A stretch of 64,000 bases of DNA from Hyphochytrium catenoides (Eukaryota; Protista; Hyphochytriomycota), in contig FLMG01001160.1 of the NCBI GenBank assembly GCA_900088475.1, positions 103,436-167,435 on the forward strand. The letters are read 5' to 3'. How positions within the stretch are numbered: position 1 is the first letter of the stretch; every line of letters begins with the position of its first letter. The notes below the pieces were generated by a model. The model saw nothing but the letters and a program-made list of their open reading frames with translations, was not told the origin of the DNA and did no database searches. The position numbers and the translations under genes are program-made. Below, one piece after another: positions 11,401 through 23,700 of the stretch.

Positions 11401-13296
11401 GCCGGGTCAGCCGCTTCCGCGCATTGTTCACACCCCTTATTGCTGTTGAGCTCACCTCTGATCTAAACTCGTTGATGCTGAACCAGACCACAAAGTCAAC
11501 ATATCCCTTCGCAGTGATGAGGAAGGGCACCAGCTGCAAGGCGAGAGGATTTGGGGTTAATTAGAAGATGATCGGAGGCGTTCGAGCTACTGAAAGTTAC
11601 CCAAGAGACTAGTCAGCACTCTAGTTGAGACTAGCACAAGTTGAACCGTAAGGTTCCAAACAAAAGAGTCACGCTATTGCTGTGACCGCAATCGTAGGCA
11701 GTGACCAAAGAGAGGCTGAGGCAGAAGGGACAATGTGCACCCAGACTATAGCTTGCTACCGCCTCCATTCCTCACCTGCTTCAACCAAATGTCATTTCTC
11801 GATTTTAAGCCATCGATTTCACCAGTTTCATCGTCATATCGATAGAAGTCTGAACCAAAGGTGAAGAGGAAAGGTATGTAGAAGCAGAAGACAATAGACC
11901 AGTAGAGAAGAATCGCCAAAACGTAGAGAGTGACCGAGCGAAGCACCCTCATGCGTAAGTCCAATGTCTTGAGCAGCCCTTGACGAAGACGGTTCCAGGC
12001 GAAGAGTGTAACATAGACTCCGAAACTACAATTTAGATGGAAGTAAAAGAGGAAGGAAGGTCAGCCATTGTCTCTGCTCGACGGTATAGCCGTTTTCTGA
12101 GCACACCTGTAGAAGATGATAAGCCAAGCATAGAAAAACACCCACGAGCGCCAATTTGCTGCCGTCGGGTTCGTGCTTCTCATCTGGACATTGGTCCAGC
12201 AAAAATCGCCCACATCCGACTGACCAGAGAAGCTCTCTTCGGACGCTAAGATGATGGCGGCAATCGCCGAGGAACCCCAGACTATTAGATGATAGAAGCG
12301 AACATTCCGCTTATAGTCCGTGAAGGGATTGGTGAGTGATTGGCGAAGGTCGATGGTCATCATAAAGAACCAGGCCTCGGCTGCGAAGATTGTAAACTCA
12401 ATAATTCCCGCCTAGGTAAAGAGAGCCAGAGAAGACAGCAATCAGGAAAACGTCTAGTCCAACGGCGCAGCAATAGAGCGACACATAATACATTAAGAGC
12501 CGGCCGGGTTTAAGAGCATATAGCCCTCAATCTAGTCAGATAAGGGAGAGGTAGCAAGAGGAAAGCGCCGGAAAGAGAGGACAAATGCGGCTAATGGAGA
12601 GCCAGAGCTTTAAAGTGCTAAGGTGACTCTAGAGCGGAAAATGGGACACGGCAGACGCTGACAAGACAGAAACAGAGAGGCATAGAGGGTACGTTTAGAT
12701 TATTTCCTCCTACCGTGACTCGACAAGCAGTCTTATTAGATATTTCCAGGTTGCTCCCACAGGAATCAAAGCCGTCGGAGCACTTCACCACCGAGGTGAT
12801 GAGCACCACCAGGCTGAACACAAGATCGCAACAGGAGCGGTAATAAATCAATGGATTTGGATGCTTCTTCCATGTGCGTCGCGTGGAGTAGGTAAAGACC
12901 ACCGAAAGACAGGAAATAACGGAGATGACACTGCCTGTGATGGTGCCTATAGGAAAAATTGGCCACTCACTACCAACGAACGAAGGGAAAACACGAGTGC
13001 TTAGTGTAAGCCAAATGAGTTCCATGTCCAGCGAGCAATAAAAATGAACGTGCGACGAACATTATAGTTGGACTACATAGCAGAGGTTCAAGCAGTATAT
13101 CCCGCCCTAGAGAACTTAAAGTCAAAGGTACTGAGAGTATCACAGCCAGACCAGAAGATCAAAATGATGCAGTAGCAGCAGATATGAGAGAGCCAAGCGT
13201 GTGGCTAGCAGCATTTGACGAGGATCACCTTCCAGGAGGATCAAAGTCGGCGAAGATCAAGCTTGTCACAAGGCCAATTAAGAAGAGGAGGAACAT
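8454..13296 (-). CDS. GPCR-PIPK: cAMP-receptor-like 7TM domain fused to a PI4P 5-kinase domain (multi-exon)
   Basis: 7TM segments (HPNPLIYYRSCCDLVFS, AWFFMMTIDLRQSLTNPF, YHLIVWG, FCW, KGYVDFVVWF). Linker LRSEIRYYTTRGI matches LR(x)9GI. Kinase motifs EGASGAFMYFSSDQKYIVKS, YDIKGS, KDND, MDYSLLIGVH, YFGLIDILQQW and KRLERF. The 5' end may extend further upstream. Confidence 0.92.
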
Positions 13297-13613
13297 CGTC
13301 AACTGCTGCCTCCAGTTCTTTCTCAGAAGGGCTGAGCTCGCAGACAAACATCCTTTTCCCTCGTCTCCACCAATGGTGCGGTCAGAAGGGTGCATGCTTT
13401 GGATGTTTCTGGCTGAGTCTAGTGGGACCTCATTGTCGCCCGGCTTTCGTCTTCGTCCCTCTGCCCGTTTCGGCTCTCGGTCTTCCTGCAAGTCCTCACT
13501 GCGGTAGCTGAGCAACATGAGCCTATATGAAGCAAGATACTATACATACTTCCCCAATCTTCTGTCTCCCACGCTCTCTACCTCTGAGCTCGTCTATTCC
13601 TGGCATAACTCTT

Positions 13614-14277
13614 TTACCATTCCCAATCTAGACGTTTATCCCTGTAACCTACGTACCCGAAGGCTCGGAAGTCTGGTTCATACTTCGGGGAGCGGTCAAT
13701 GTACGAAGACCGAGAGCTGGTAGGTTGGTTCGGAGGAAATCTCTGCTCGTCAACCTCAATATCCACCTAGCAAGGGTATGAGAAACTCCACGTTAGCCAT
13801 AAGACAATAAGTGACTTCCCCGCAAGGATACACTCTTACAGCAGGAAGTGGATCCGGAAGCTGTCTTCCACTTGCTGGTAGACCAGACGGGTCTACTCTT
13901 CCGCCTGCCGGACGTGAAGGTGCTGGCTGTAAGACGTTTGCCGCGTAGCCTCCCGCCACCATGCGAGTGCCCGGAGTGTAATAGCCGCCAGCAGCATAAC
14001 CCGCACCGTCAGGACCATTTCCTGCAGCAGCTGCAGCATACCCTCCGGGCCCTCCTGCAGCAGCAGCGTAACCTCCTCGGCCTCCAGCTGCCCCATACTG
14101 TCCATACGTAGCAGCATAGGATCGACCCCCGCCAGGTCCTAGGTAGCCTCCTGCAGCTGTTGTTTGTCCGGCATAAGCTCCCGTTGGGCCATTGCCATAC
14201 ATCCCTGCTGCTTGGTAGCGGTAAGGGTTGCCATTTCTTGCCCGGCCATTCTCTTCCTGCCCCGTAGAGTTATCCAT
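13614..14277 (-). CDS. Gly/Ala/Tyr-rich low-complexity protein, or 5' exons of the GPCR-PIPK
   Basis: ORF with repeated GGYAAAA units. A well-formed intron (GCT|gtaaga...gctaac...ttgctag|GTG) leads to exon VDIEVDEQRFPPNQ...DFRAFG. 3' end is ambiguous. Confidence 0.55.
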
Positions 14278-14789
14278 CCTGGTGTCGAGAGAATGGAGCT
14301 CACCGAAGCACTTGAAAGTCCTCTTGGGTTAGAGTGGCAGTCCAGCTTCACTTGTTGGGCTCGTTGCAAGCATGTGCTTGGGTCATTGTGTTCGCAACCT
14401 GTCAGATGTATTGGACTTCAGAGGGTATGAAAGGAGTGCATTGGGAACGTTGCATATCATCACCTGCACCAGATGCAGATCATCCAACTCCTGCTCCGGA
14501 GCTTCTTAAAGCTTGTTGGAGGTTTGCAGACAACTTGGAGACGTGGTCACTCGTGATAGCAGGCAACCGCTAGCAGAGAGGCCACTGATGATGAAGGTTC
14601 ATCTTGACTTTGGTGATGGGGTAAGGAGACATGAAAGAGGCTGGTAGTTGAGGAAGGTGCAGTTCAAGAGGAAGAGACAGCGGGAAAGGTGTCAAAGAGC
14701 GAGCTGAGTGCGATGAGTGAGAAAGAGACCGGAACGGAAGAAAGAGACTGAAAAGGGTTGTGGGGAAAAAAGTGCGAGGAGGACATAGA

Positions 14790-14990
14790 GAATGAGAGAG
14801 AGAGAAACAGAGAGCGACAGAGACAGAGTCAGAGAAAGTGGGCAGTGGAGGAAGAGGAAGAGAAAGAGAGGGGAACGAGATAAGGAGAGAGAGAGAGAGA
14901 GAGAGAAGGGCAATGAGAAAGAGAGAGGGGTGGGAGACAGAGGAAAACATACAGACAGAGAGAGAAAGAGATAGAGACAGGGAAACAAAG
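14790..14990. repeat. (GA)n-rich microsatellite tract
   Basis: Runs of gagagaga interspersed with purine-rich sequence. Confidence 0.85.
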
Positions 14991-17900
14991 GTGGGGGATG
15001 TAAGAAGTGCAGTTGGTGATGCTGTTGCTCTGGCTCCTTCATCTGATCGAGCCCACAATCGCCAAGGGAGACAGCTTACCCGCGAGACAGAGTGGGATAC
15101 AGAGCAACCGAGAGGCATGGATTGAGACACTCAATTCCTGGTATAAAGCATCGCTTAGGGAGCCAAACGTGCAAGACAGAGAGAGACAAGAAAGGCAAGA
15201 GAATTAGGAGTGGACTAATGCGGGCTGCATTATTCCCTTTCCTCGCGGCCATAAAATGCCAAAGCATGAGGCTTTACAGGTCTTATTACTGCATTGTGAA
15301 TATGATAAAAGCCTTCCTAGGAAAGATGAATGATAACTACACATCACTGATTGAAGGGAGTAGTAATGTCATAACACTAGGATCTAAACTCTCATCTGGT
15401 CATACTACTTCCACACAAAACATTGATCAGAACCCAAATACACACACTGCTTGCGCTGTAAACATGACCAACAGCGGACTACAAACTTCATTGCTCTTCT
15501 GGAAGAGAAGCCTGATGGTGATGGACATTGTTCTTGGTGGTTCACCTCCTCCTTCTTCTCCTTCTCCCCTTATTATTGCTGCTGAGGAAGTCAACTCCTG
15601 ATTCTTCGTTTACTGATGATGAGCGTGGGAGCAGATTGAGCTGAAGCCGAGATTACGGCGGTATCTTCTTTAAAAAAATTCTTGTTTCTTCTTCCTCTTC
15701 TTCTTCTGCCTTTCTTATTCCTTTCATCGTCTCCTTCTTCTTCTCTCTCCTTTTTCTTCTCTTCCCCTCTTCTTTATAGTAGTAGCAGTAATGAGTTCTA
15801 TAAAGTAGTAGTGATCATGGAATTAAAAAAAGACGATAAATCTCTACCAAGAACAATAATTTTTGTTCGATGAGACTAATATTTTTTATTATAATAGAGT
15901 AGACAGTGGCAGCTCATCATTCTCTACCATGAGCAGCAGCTCATCATTTTCTTCCATTATAAAAGAGTATCAGCATCTTTCTTTGTTACCTGTTTTGGTC
16001 CCCTGCGCATGCGTCCTGCTCCTGCCACCACCTTTTATCATCATCAAGTGGCCTCCTTCTTGCATTTGGTTGCTCGTCAGCCGTCAGCCGCCTCCTCCTC
16101 CGTCGTTTTCACTCGTTGATGAAGCACGACGTATTATTCTCATTCTTGACCCATAGTTTCATGGCGGTCGTGTTCGGTACAGAAGAGGATATCACGGATA
16201 AGGGAGAGGAGGAGATGGTCCGCCAGTATAGCGTTGTCGTATCATCTGGCTGCTGGTTGATTGCCGAGTATTGTCCCCTGGCCTATTATCACGTCATTTG
16301 CTATTCCTGTCCTTTCCGTGTGGTTGAAGTGGAAAGAAGCTCTTCTTCTGGCATTATTAAACATTAAGATTCCAGCCAGCAACAAGTGGATAGTAATGCC
16401 TCTCGCGAGGAAAAGGAAATAGCGTAGCAAGAAGGTCACTAAAGTATCGGGCATAGCCCGGGCTAGTTCTTCTTCCGATAATGACGATTGCTGGAAAAAA
16501 TCCTGTGGGATGGAGGGGGCTAGAGATTTATGATGCGACAGTGGATATAATGTACCTACTTAGCGACGAGGAAGGACTATTAGCACTTTCTCAGATATTT
16601 TCAGTAACTTGTCATTGCTACGTCGTCCTGTGATTCTCGATAGTCAATATGGTGCGATTATTTCAATAGCTCCGCCGGCCATACCAGTTCCTGGGTGAAC
16701 TGCGGCTAGTTCGCTTGCAATAATGATGAACATTAGGAGAAAGGAATGCCGTTCTGTCCAATAATAAGCAGCAAGGAAGTGTAGTAGTAGTCGCGCACTG
16801 ATGCAGTGACGTTTAGCCCCCTCACTCCTTATGGCAGTTAGAGTTTATTCGTTAGTTGCTGAAGTCACCCTTTCTGGGTATCCCTGAACGAACAGTTGTA
16901 GGTGGATGTCCCACGTCTGCCATACAGCACAGGAGGGCGGGGATGCTTCTGCGTCGCCTCCCCCACTAATAATAATCCTACGCCAAAGTACTCCAAGAAT
17001 TTTTGCCGCCTCTTTACATCCTTCACGCAACTTTCATCATACTATATATAGACTTCAGTGATGATGGTAAGTTGTGTGCACCTAGCAGGTTCTTGGAGGC
17101 TTTTGGGGGGGAGTTGGCTCTTTCTGCAACATATCTCCCATGGCAGTATTCCCGGCTGCTGGTGTCTTCAAGGCATCTGGAGGATCTTATTATTGATTAT
17201 TAACTTTATAGTTATTGCCCATTTGTTGTCGGACAACAAGAAGTAATGGTAGAAAGATGCTTTCTTCAACCTTTCTTGCTTTAATGTTTTTTGTTGTTAT
17301 CATATAATAGTGGCCCCTACGTTTGGAGGGCTTCTTTCTAAAGATGCTTCCACCACCAGTAAGTGACAGACAAAAGAAAGAGATGAGTACATCATACATA
17401 GTGCCTTCTGATTGTCTGGGCTAAGTCAGTTTTAAAGTAATAATATTTCGTCTATTTGGGGGTAGATAGTAGCTGGACAAATGCACGAACCGCAGCCCCT
17501 TTCAAACAATAGCGAAATGCAAATAGAAGTCCTCCACTACTCTTCTAGGCCAACAATAGAACTACATGATACGCTGTTTCATTTTGCTTGGGGAAAAACA
17601 GAGGAGGGCAGTACATCATCATCAGGGCGATGATGGAGGCATGATGCGAGCCACCACTACTTCAGTGAAGAGCAAAATGTAGTTCTACTGGCTATCCACG
17701 TCATGGGCGGGCGGTGGTGATCAAGAATTTTATGGCCGCTTTTGCTGTAATAAGGATGCCCAACTGCGGGACACTTGTTGGCTGGACAAGGAGAAAGAGT
17801 GGGTTAGAGACGAAGAAATTTCGTGGCGGCAAGACTCAGGTTGACAGACCAAGGTGTGCTTCTGAGAAGTAGTTCCCCTTTCTTAGTGTCAATTCGATGG

Positions 17901-20112
17901 AAGTGGACCCATAGAGTAACTTTTGCCGAAGCTGTCACGGCAACAGATCGCTATAAAATGTCATCATCATCATCCTCATTAGATTAGGTCACCTCCTCCT
18001 GAGCATCTTACGTGATAGGTACGTACAAGTGCAATTCTTGCTGTGAGAGCTGCAGCTCGAGGTGCATCAACCAGTTGATTCAGATTGGGCGTTCCCATCA
18101 GAACTACAGGGGTAAGTAGTTCATGGTCTCGCTGCGATGATGAAGTGGAAGGTGTGACACAAAGGTGACTTTTATCTGGAGGAAGAAAGGCATCTCGCAG
18201 CTAATAAGTGCAGCTGTTGTAGTTCTACCTGCAGCCTCACACCTTTCATTCCCGTGGATCTTTTTTTCTGTTCCTATCTCCCATTCCCTGCAAAATTGTC
18301 GTCATGGTCTTGTCTCGTTTCTCATTGACATCAATGATCGACAGAACTCAAAGATGCAAGGAGACTAATCTGGCTCTTCAGCAAAGGACATGTGGATGGA
18401 TGGTGGGCAGTCCAACATAAGCCAAAACGTGGCAGATACCGTGGTTCAGAAGCGCTGAGTAATGCGTAGTAATTTGGACAGAGACGAAGCTTTCGAAAAT
18501 AGTAGACACTGTGGGGGTGTTCTTTGACCAAGAATTAGCAATAAAATCAACCGTCATAGTAATAGTAATAGCCATATTAAGATATCTTTCCGAATCTTTC
18601 AAACTTTGCTGTTAAGGGTTAGGGAGCCTTGTTAGCTAAGAGCAGGTGTAGAAAATAACCGTATATTTTCCTGGTAGGCCGTCAGGGTGGTGATGTCTCT
18701 CTGGTAGTTCTATCTTAAAGGAGGGAGCTTTACTCTGTGGAAAGAAAGGTGTAGAATTAATGTAGGAAGCAGCACTCTCTGAGGGTACTTCTTTCTTCTG
18801 CTATTCATCAGAGTGGAAGTAGAGCGGAAGCAGGATGGCTCTCTTTTTTTTCAACTTTATGTAAAAAGGTTCCATGAATTTCCCGCATAGCTTGGGATCC
18901 GAAAATGCTATTCCTTATTGCTGCGGGCTTCATCCATTCGCAAAATAGCGGGTAGGTTGAGTACGACATCATACTAGATTGGGCTCTGTTGCACGGAAAT
19001 AAAGAAGATTATTTTCTCACCAATAGCTTCTTTTATTTTTGGAGCGGGAAAAAACACGTTACCTTTAGTTCTTTGGACACAAGCCATACTTTTCTTCACT
19101 TTACAGTTACCTAGTCCTTTTTTGGTCCTGCCTTACCGGCGCTTGTAAATCAGAGCTGTTTAAGTGTACAACTACAACGAACTTTTTTCAGACCCACCCA
19201 CTCTTTCCCATGAAAAAGGGCCAATGATTTGGACTTTTAGCCCGCTGAAATTCGAGGGAGTCCAAGTAGCTGTCCAAGTAGTTCCTCCATAATTGATTCA
19301 AGCCCACCCGTCCTCTCTGATCCTCACACTTATATCCCGCCCTTGACCCTTCTGACTAGGCTAACTTGTTCACTTCCACTTGTGGGTTAGCAAGGCGGGT
19401 GGGATCGTAACCATATCATCCCTTTTATTAGCTATTTGGCCCTGGAAGATGGGTGGTCGCTTTGGTCAAGAATTATTTCAGCGATGAGCTGTGTGGCACT
19501 TTTTCTCCCTCATCCGTCCGTCCCCTCTTAATCACAGTCCCAAGTACAGAAATCCTGCAATGATGCCCAAGATATTCATTACACACAATTTAGGTCACAG
19601 CCCAGGCGAACGTTTGAAGGAAATGAGCGGATCCTTTACCTCATCGCCTTGCAAGGCTGGGGGAGCTGAGGGGTCAAGAAAGTGGGTGGGAAAAGGGGAA
19701 ACGCAGGCAGGGACGGGGAGGCCAGTGTCGACTAGACAGAGTGGGGGGAGGTGGGAAGCAGCACCGTTAGTTTACGGGACTGTGAGATACAGAGGATCGG
19801 ATATAGATAAGATACTGCTGTCAGATCAGAACGGCCTGTGTACATACAGAGAGAGAAGGGAGAGGAGGGGAAAGGGTGAAAGATGTACAGTACAGTCTCA
19901 GAGGGCGGAGAAGGATTAGGCTGGAGTACTTTCTCAGTTCTGGTTCTTGGCCTTCTTCGGAGGCCATTTTAGGAGCGGGGCAAAAATGTGAAGCGGCGTA
20001 GGATTGAGGAGGGGATCTTTGTCAGAAGGGTAGGTACGGGCCCGCTCGATGAGAGGACAACAGGCAGCAGAACCTTATGGCGAAAGAGCGGGTAGGAAGC
20101 CATCTCACCAGT

Positions 20113-20113
20113 C

Positions 20114-20150
<37 letters not shown>

Positions 20151-20540
20151 CCCTCCTCTCTCTCTCTCTCTCTTTCTCTCTCTTTCTTTCTTTCTCTTCT
20201 CCTCTCTCTATAGCTCTCTTTCTCTCTCTTCCTCTTCCTCTCCATGTCTCTGTCGTTGGCTTGCCTCTTCCCCAGATATGCCTTCACTGTCAAAGGTTCT
20301 AACGCTTTTTGCTCTCTCTGTCTCTCCCTCTCTCCTCCTCTCTTTCTCTCACTCCCTCTCTCTCTGCTCTCTCTTTCTCTCTCTCTCACATTGCTCTTGG
20401 TCATCACGAAAGGGAGAGGAGAGAACAGTCTCTGGGTAGGTGACAGGAGAGCCGACACCTCATCAAACATGTGGCCTTCTTCCTGTTCCTCTCTCTCTCT
20501 CTTCTACTCTCTTTCTCCTCTTTCTCCCTCTCTCTTCTCA
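20113..20540. repeat. (CT)n-rich microsatellite tract upstream of PMA1
   Basis: Long ctctctct runs. Confidence 0.9.
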
Positions 20541-20736
20541 GGCTAGCCGCAGAGTCTCTCTTCGGCTGCTCGCCGCTCATTCTTCATTTTCGGCAGCCGG
20601 TGCTTCGCCGCCAACCACTGGTCAATCTCAGAGATCACAGTCTCGCCTGGTCTCTTCTCTCGATACAAGGGAAGACAAGTTTTGTCTTGCTTCTCCCTTC
20701 GTAGGCAGACGAAACTCTAAAGAAAGGACCAAAGCT

Positions 20737-23700
20737 ATGGCTGCTGGGGGCGCCGAGACTTCCCAGAACTATCAGTCGATGAAGACTCCTGATGAATATA
20801 CCAATGCTGCTGGGCAGGTGGAATGGGGAAATGTTCCCCTTGAGGCAGCTCTTGAGAGGCTGCGCGCATCTAGAGAAGGTCTTTCAAGCGGCGAGGCCGA
20901 CAAAAGATTTGCAGAGTTCGGACCCAACAAGCTTCCTGAGGAAAAGGTCAACCCGCTGATGGTCTTCCTTGGATTTATGTGGAACCCCCTCTCCTGGGCT
21001 ATGGAAGTAGCTGCGATTCTCGCCATCATCCTTCTTGACTACCCAGACTTCATCCTGATCTTCTGTCTACTTCTGCTTAATGCGTGCATCGGGTTCTTTG
21101 AGGAGATGCAGGCTGGCAATGCAGTTGCGGCTTTGATGGACCAGCTGGCGCCTGAAAGCAAGGTTCTCCGCGACGGAGCTTGGACCAACCTTCCCGCTGA
21201 CCGCCTGGTGCCAGGAGACGTCATCCGTATTCGTCTCGGAGATGTCGTCCCTGCTGATCTTAAGCTCCTCGAGGGTGATCATGTTAAGATTGATCAGTCT
21301 TCTCTTACCGGCGAATCTCTTCCTGTCACCAAGACCACGGGCGATGAGGCGTACTCTGGTTCCGTTGTAAAGCAGGGTGAAATCGAGGCCGTCGTAACAG
21401 AGACCGGTGTGAACACTTTCCTTGGCAGAGCTGCCTCGTTGATGAACGATGCGGAGACTCACGGCAGATTGCAGCAGGTTCTGACTACGGTCGGTAACTT
21501 CTGTCTCATCTCTATCGTGCTTTGGTGCATCATTGAGATCGTCGTACAGTTTGCAGTCCGCAAGGACCAGAACTCATGCCGCCTTGTTGAGAATGGCTGC
21601 GAGGCTCTGCAGAACATCCTGGTTCCCATTGTCGGTGGTATCCCTGTTGCTATGCCCACGGTTCTTTCCGTCACTATGGCTATTGGTTCTACAAAGCTTG
21701 CCAAGCAGAGTGCCATTGTCACTCGCCTGACCGCCATTGAGGAAATGGCTAGCATGGAAATTCTCTGCTCTGACAAGACTGGAACTCTGACCCTGAACCA
21801 ACTCACTGTGGACCAGGACAACTTGATTCCTTACAACGGATTTTCCACCTCCCAAATTCTGTATGATGGTGCTCTAGCTGCACGTACGGAGAACAACGAG
21901 CCTATTGATGTGTGCATCCACGAGACTTGCCCTGAGAAAGATGAGCTGTGGAAGAAGCACACTCTGCTGCACTACACACCGTTCGATCCTACTACCAAGC
22001 GCACCATCGCCAAGATCAAGAACAACGAGACTGGCGTCGTCTTTAGGACTTCCAAGGGTGCTCCTCAGGTCATTCTTAACATGGACGTTAACGCTGACAA
22101 GCTGCGAGCAGACGTAGAAGACAAGATTGACGAGTTTGCTAGCCGTGGATACCGTGCGCTTGGTGTGGGCCGTGATGACTCTGGAGATGTCCCTCTTGAG
22201 GAGTGCAAGTGGAAGATGGTCGGTCTGCTCCCTCTCTTTGACCCTCCTCGCCATGACACCGCTGACACCATCAAGAGAGCTATTGATCTTGGAGTTATGG
22301 TGAAGATGGTTACGGGCGACCAGAAGGCCATTGCAGTTGAGACATGCCGCCAGCTTGGTATGCCAACCAACATCCTGGACACTTCCTTCTTCAATCAGGC
22401 GCCTCCTCCTGGAATTAGTCTGCCTGACCTTATCTACAACACCGATGGCTTTGCTCAAGTGTTCCCTGAGCACAAGTTTGAGATTGTGAAGCAGCTGCAG
22501 CTCCGTGGCCATGTGGTCGGTATGACTGGTGATGGTGTCAACGATGCACCAGCTCTCTCTCAGGCGAACATTGGTATTGCCGTCGATGACTCCACCGATG
22601 CTGCTCGTGCTGCGGCAGACATTGTCTTGGTATCTCCTGGTCTCAGCGTGATCATCGAGGCTATTCGTGGTAGCAGAGAGATCTTCCAGCGTATGAAGAA
22701 CTATGCAATGTATAGCATTGCCATGACCGTGCGTATTGTCTTCACATTCGGTCTCCTCACCGTCATCTGGAACTGGTACTTCCCCACCATCCTCATTGTG
22801 GTCCTCGCGATCCTCAATGACGGAACAATTATGACCATCGCTAAGGACAACGTGAAGGCAAGCCCCAACCCTGACTCATGGAAACTTAATGAGGTCTTCT
22901 TTGCGTCCATTAATTATGGGCTCTTCCTCATGCTCTCCACTGTTGTTCTCTTCTACATGGTGCATGATACCCAGTTCTTCTTTGACACCTCTTCCAACCT
23001 TGAGAATCTGTGCGTGGACTGCAACCTAAACAAGTGCAAGCAGTATCCTCTGCTGGCCAATGCACCCATAAAGCTGGGCATCGGAAGGGGGGAGTGCTGC
23101 TATAAAGATAGCGGCATTCTTAAGACTGAGGACTGTACTGTAGATCTTTGCAGAGCACGCATCAAGGCTCAGATAGCTGACTATACCACTCGTGAGTTCG
23201 CAAAGATCAATAAGCAGTCGTTCGATGACCTGATCGAGGAGGCTGCAGACTGGCCCGAGGAGCTTACGGATATGGATAGAGATATTAGTGGAGAGGATCA
23301 GTACAAGCTTTTCACCGCTCTCTATCTTGGCGACGCTAGCGACAAGGATGCTGCCACCGTCGTTGACCCTGCCCAGCCTATTGACGAAAGAAACACGAAC
23401 GGCGTCTCGTACTGCCAGTATCTCTGGGGCTATAGCAACTGGTACGAGCCAATGACTCGTAACAAGGAGATCATTGGTCCAGGCATTGAAGTAAAGGAAG
23501 GGTACATGCGTGGCCTTATCTACATGCAGGTCTCCATTTCTGGACAGGCGTTGATCTTTGTCACCCGTACTTCCGGTGCCAACACGTGGTTCTTCGCTGA
23601 CAAGCCATGCAACCTTCTTCTGATTGCCTTCGTTATCGCCCAGGCTGTGGCAACCGTCATTGGCTGGATTGGGTTTGGCGGTTATCCTAGCCCCAGGTTG

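Noticed and set aside
14570-15207. Leu/Ser-rich and Arg/Glu-rich ORFs (also 20077-20546, 25933-26313, 61157-61920)
   Set aside because: Artefacts of CT/GA microsatellites.
19190-19405. Short direct (tccaagtag x2) and inverted (cccacccg/cgggtggg) repeats suggesting a MITE end
   Set aside because: Too short, and no matching terminus or target-site duplication was found in the window.
20440-20736. 99-aa N-terminal extension of PMA1 from a GTG start
   Set aside because: It is translated CT microsatellite; ATG 20737 in good context gives a normal-length pump.
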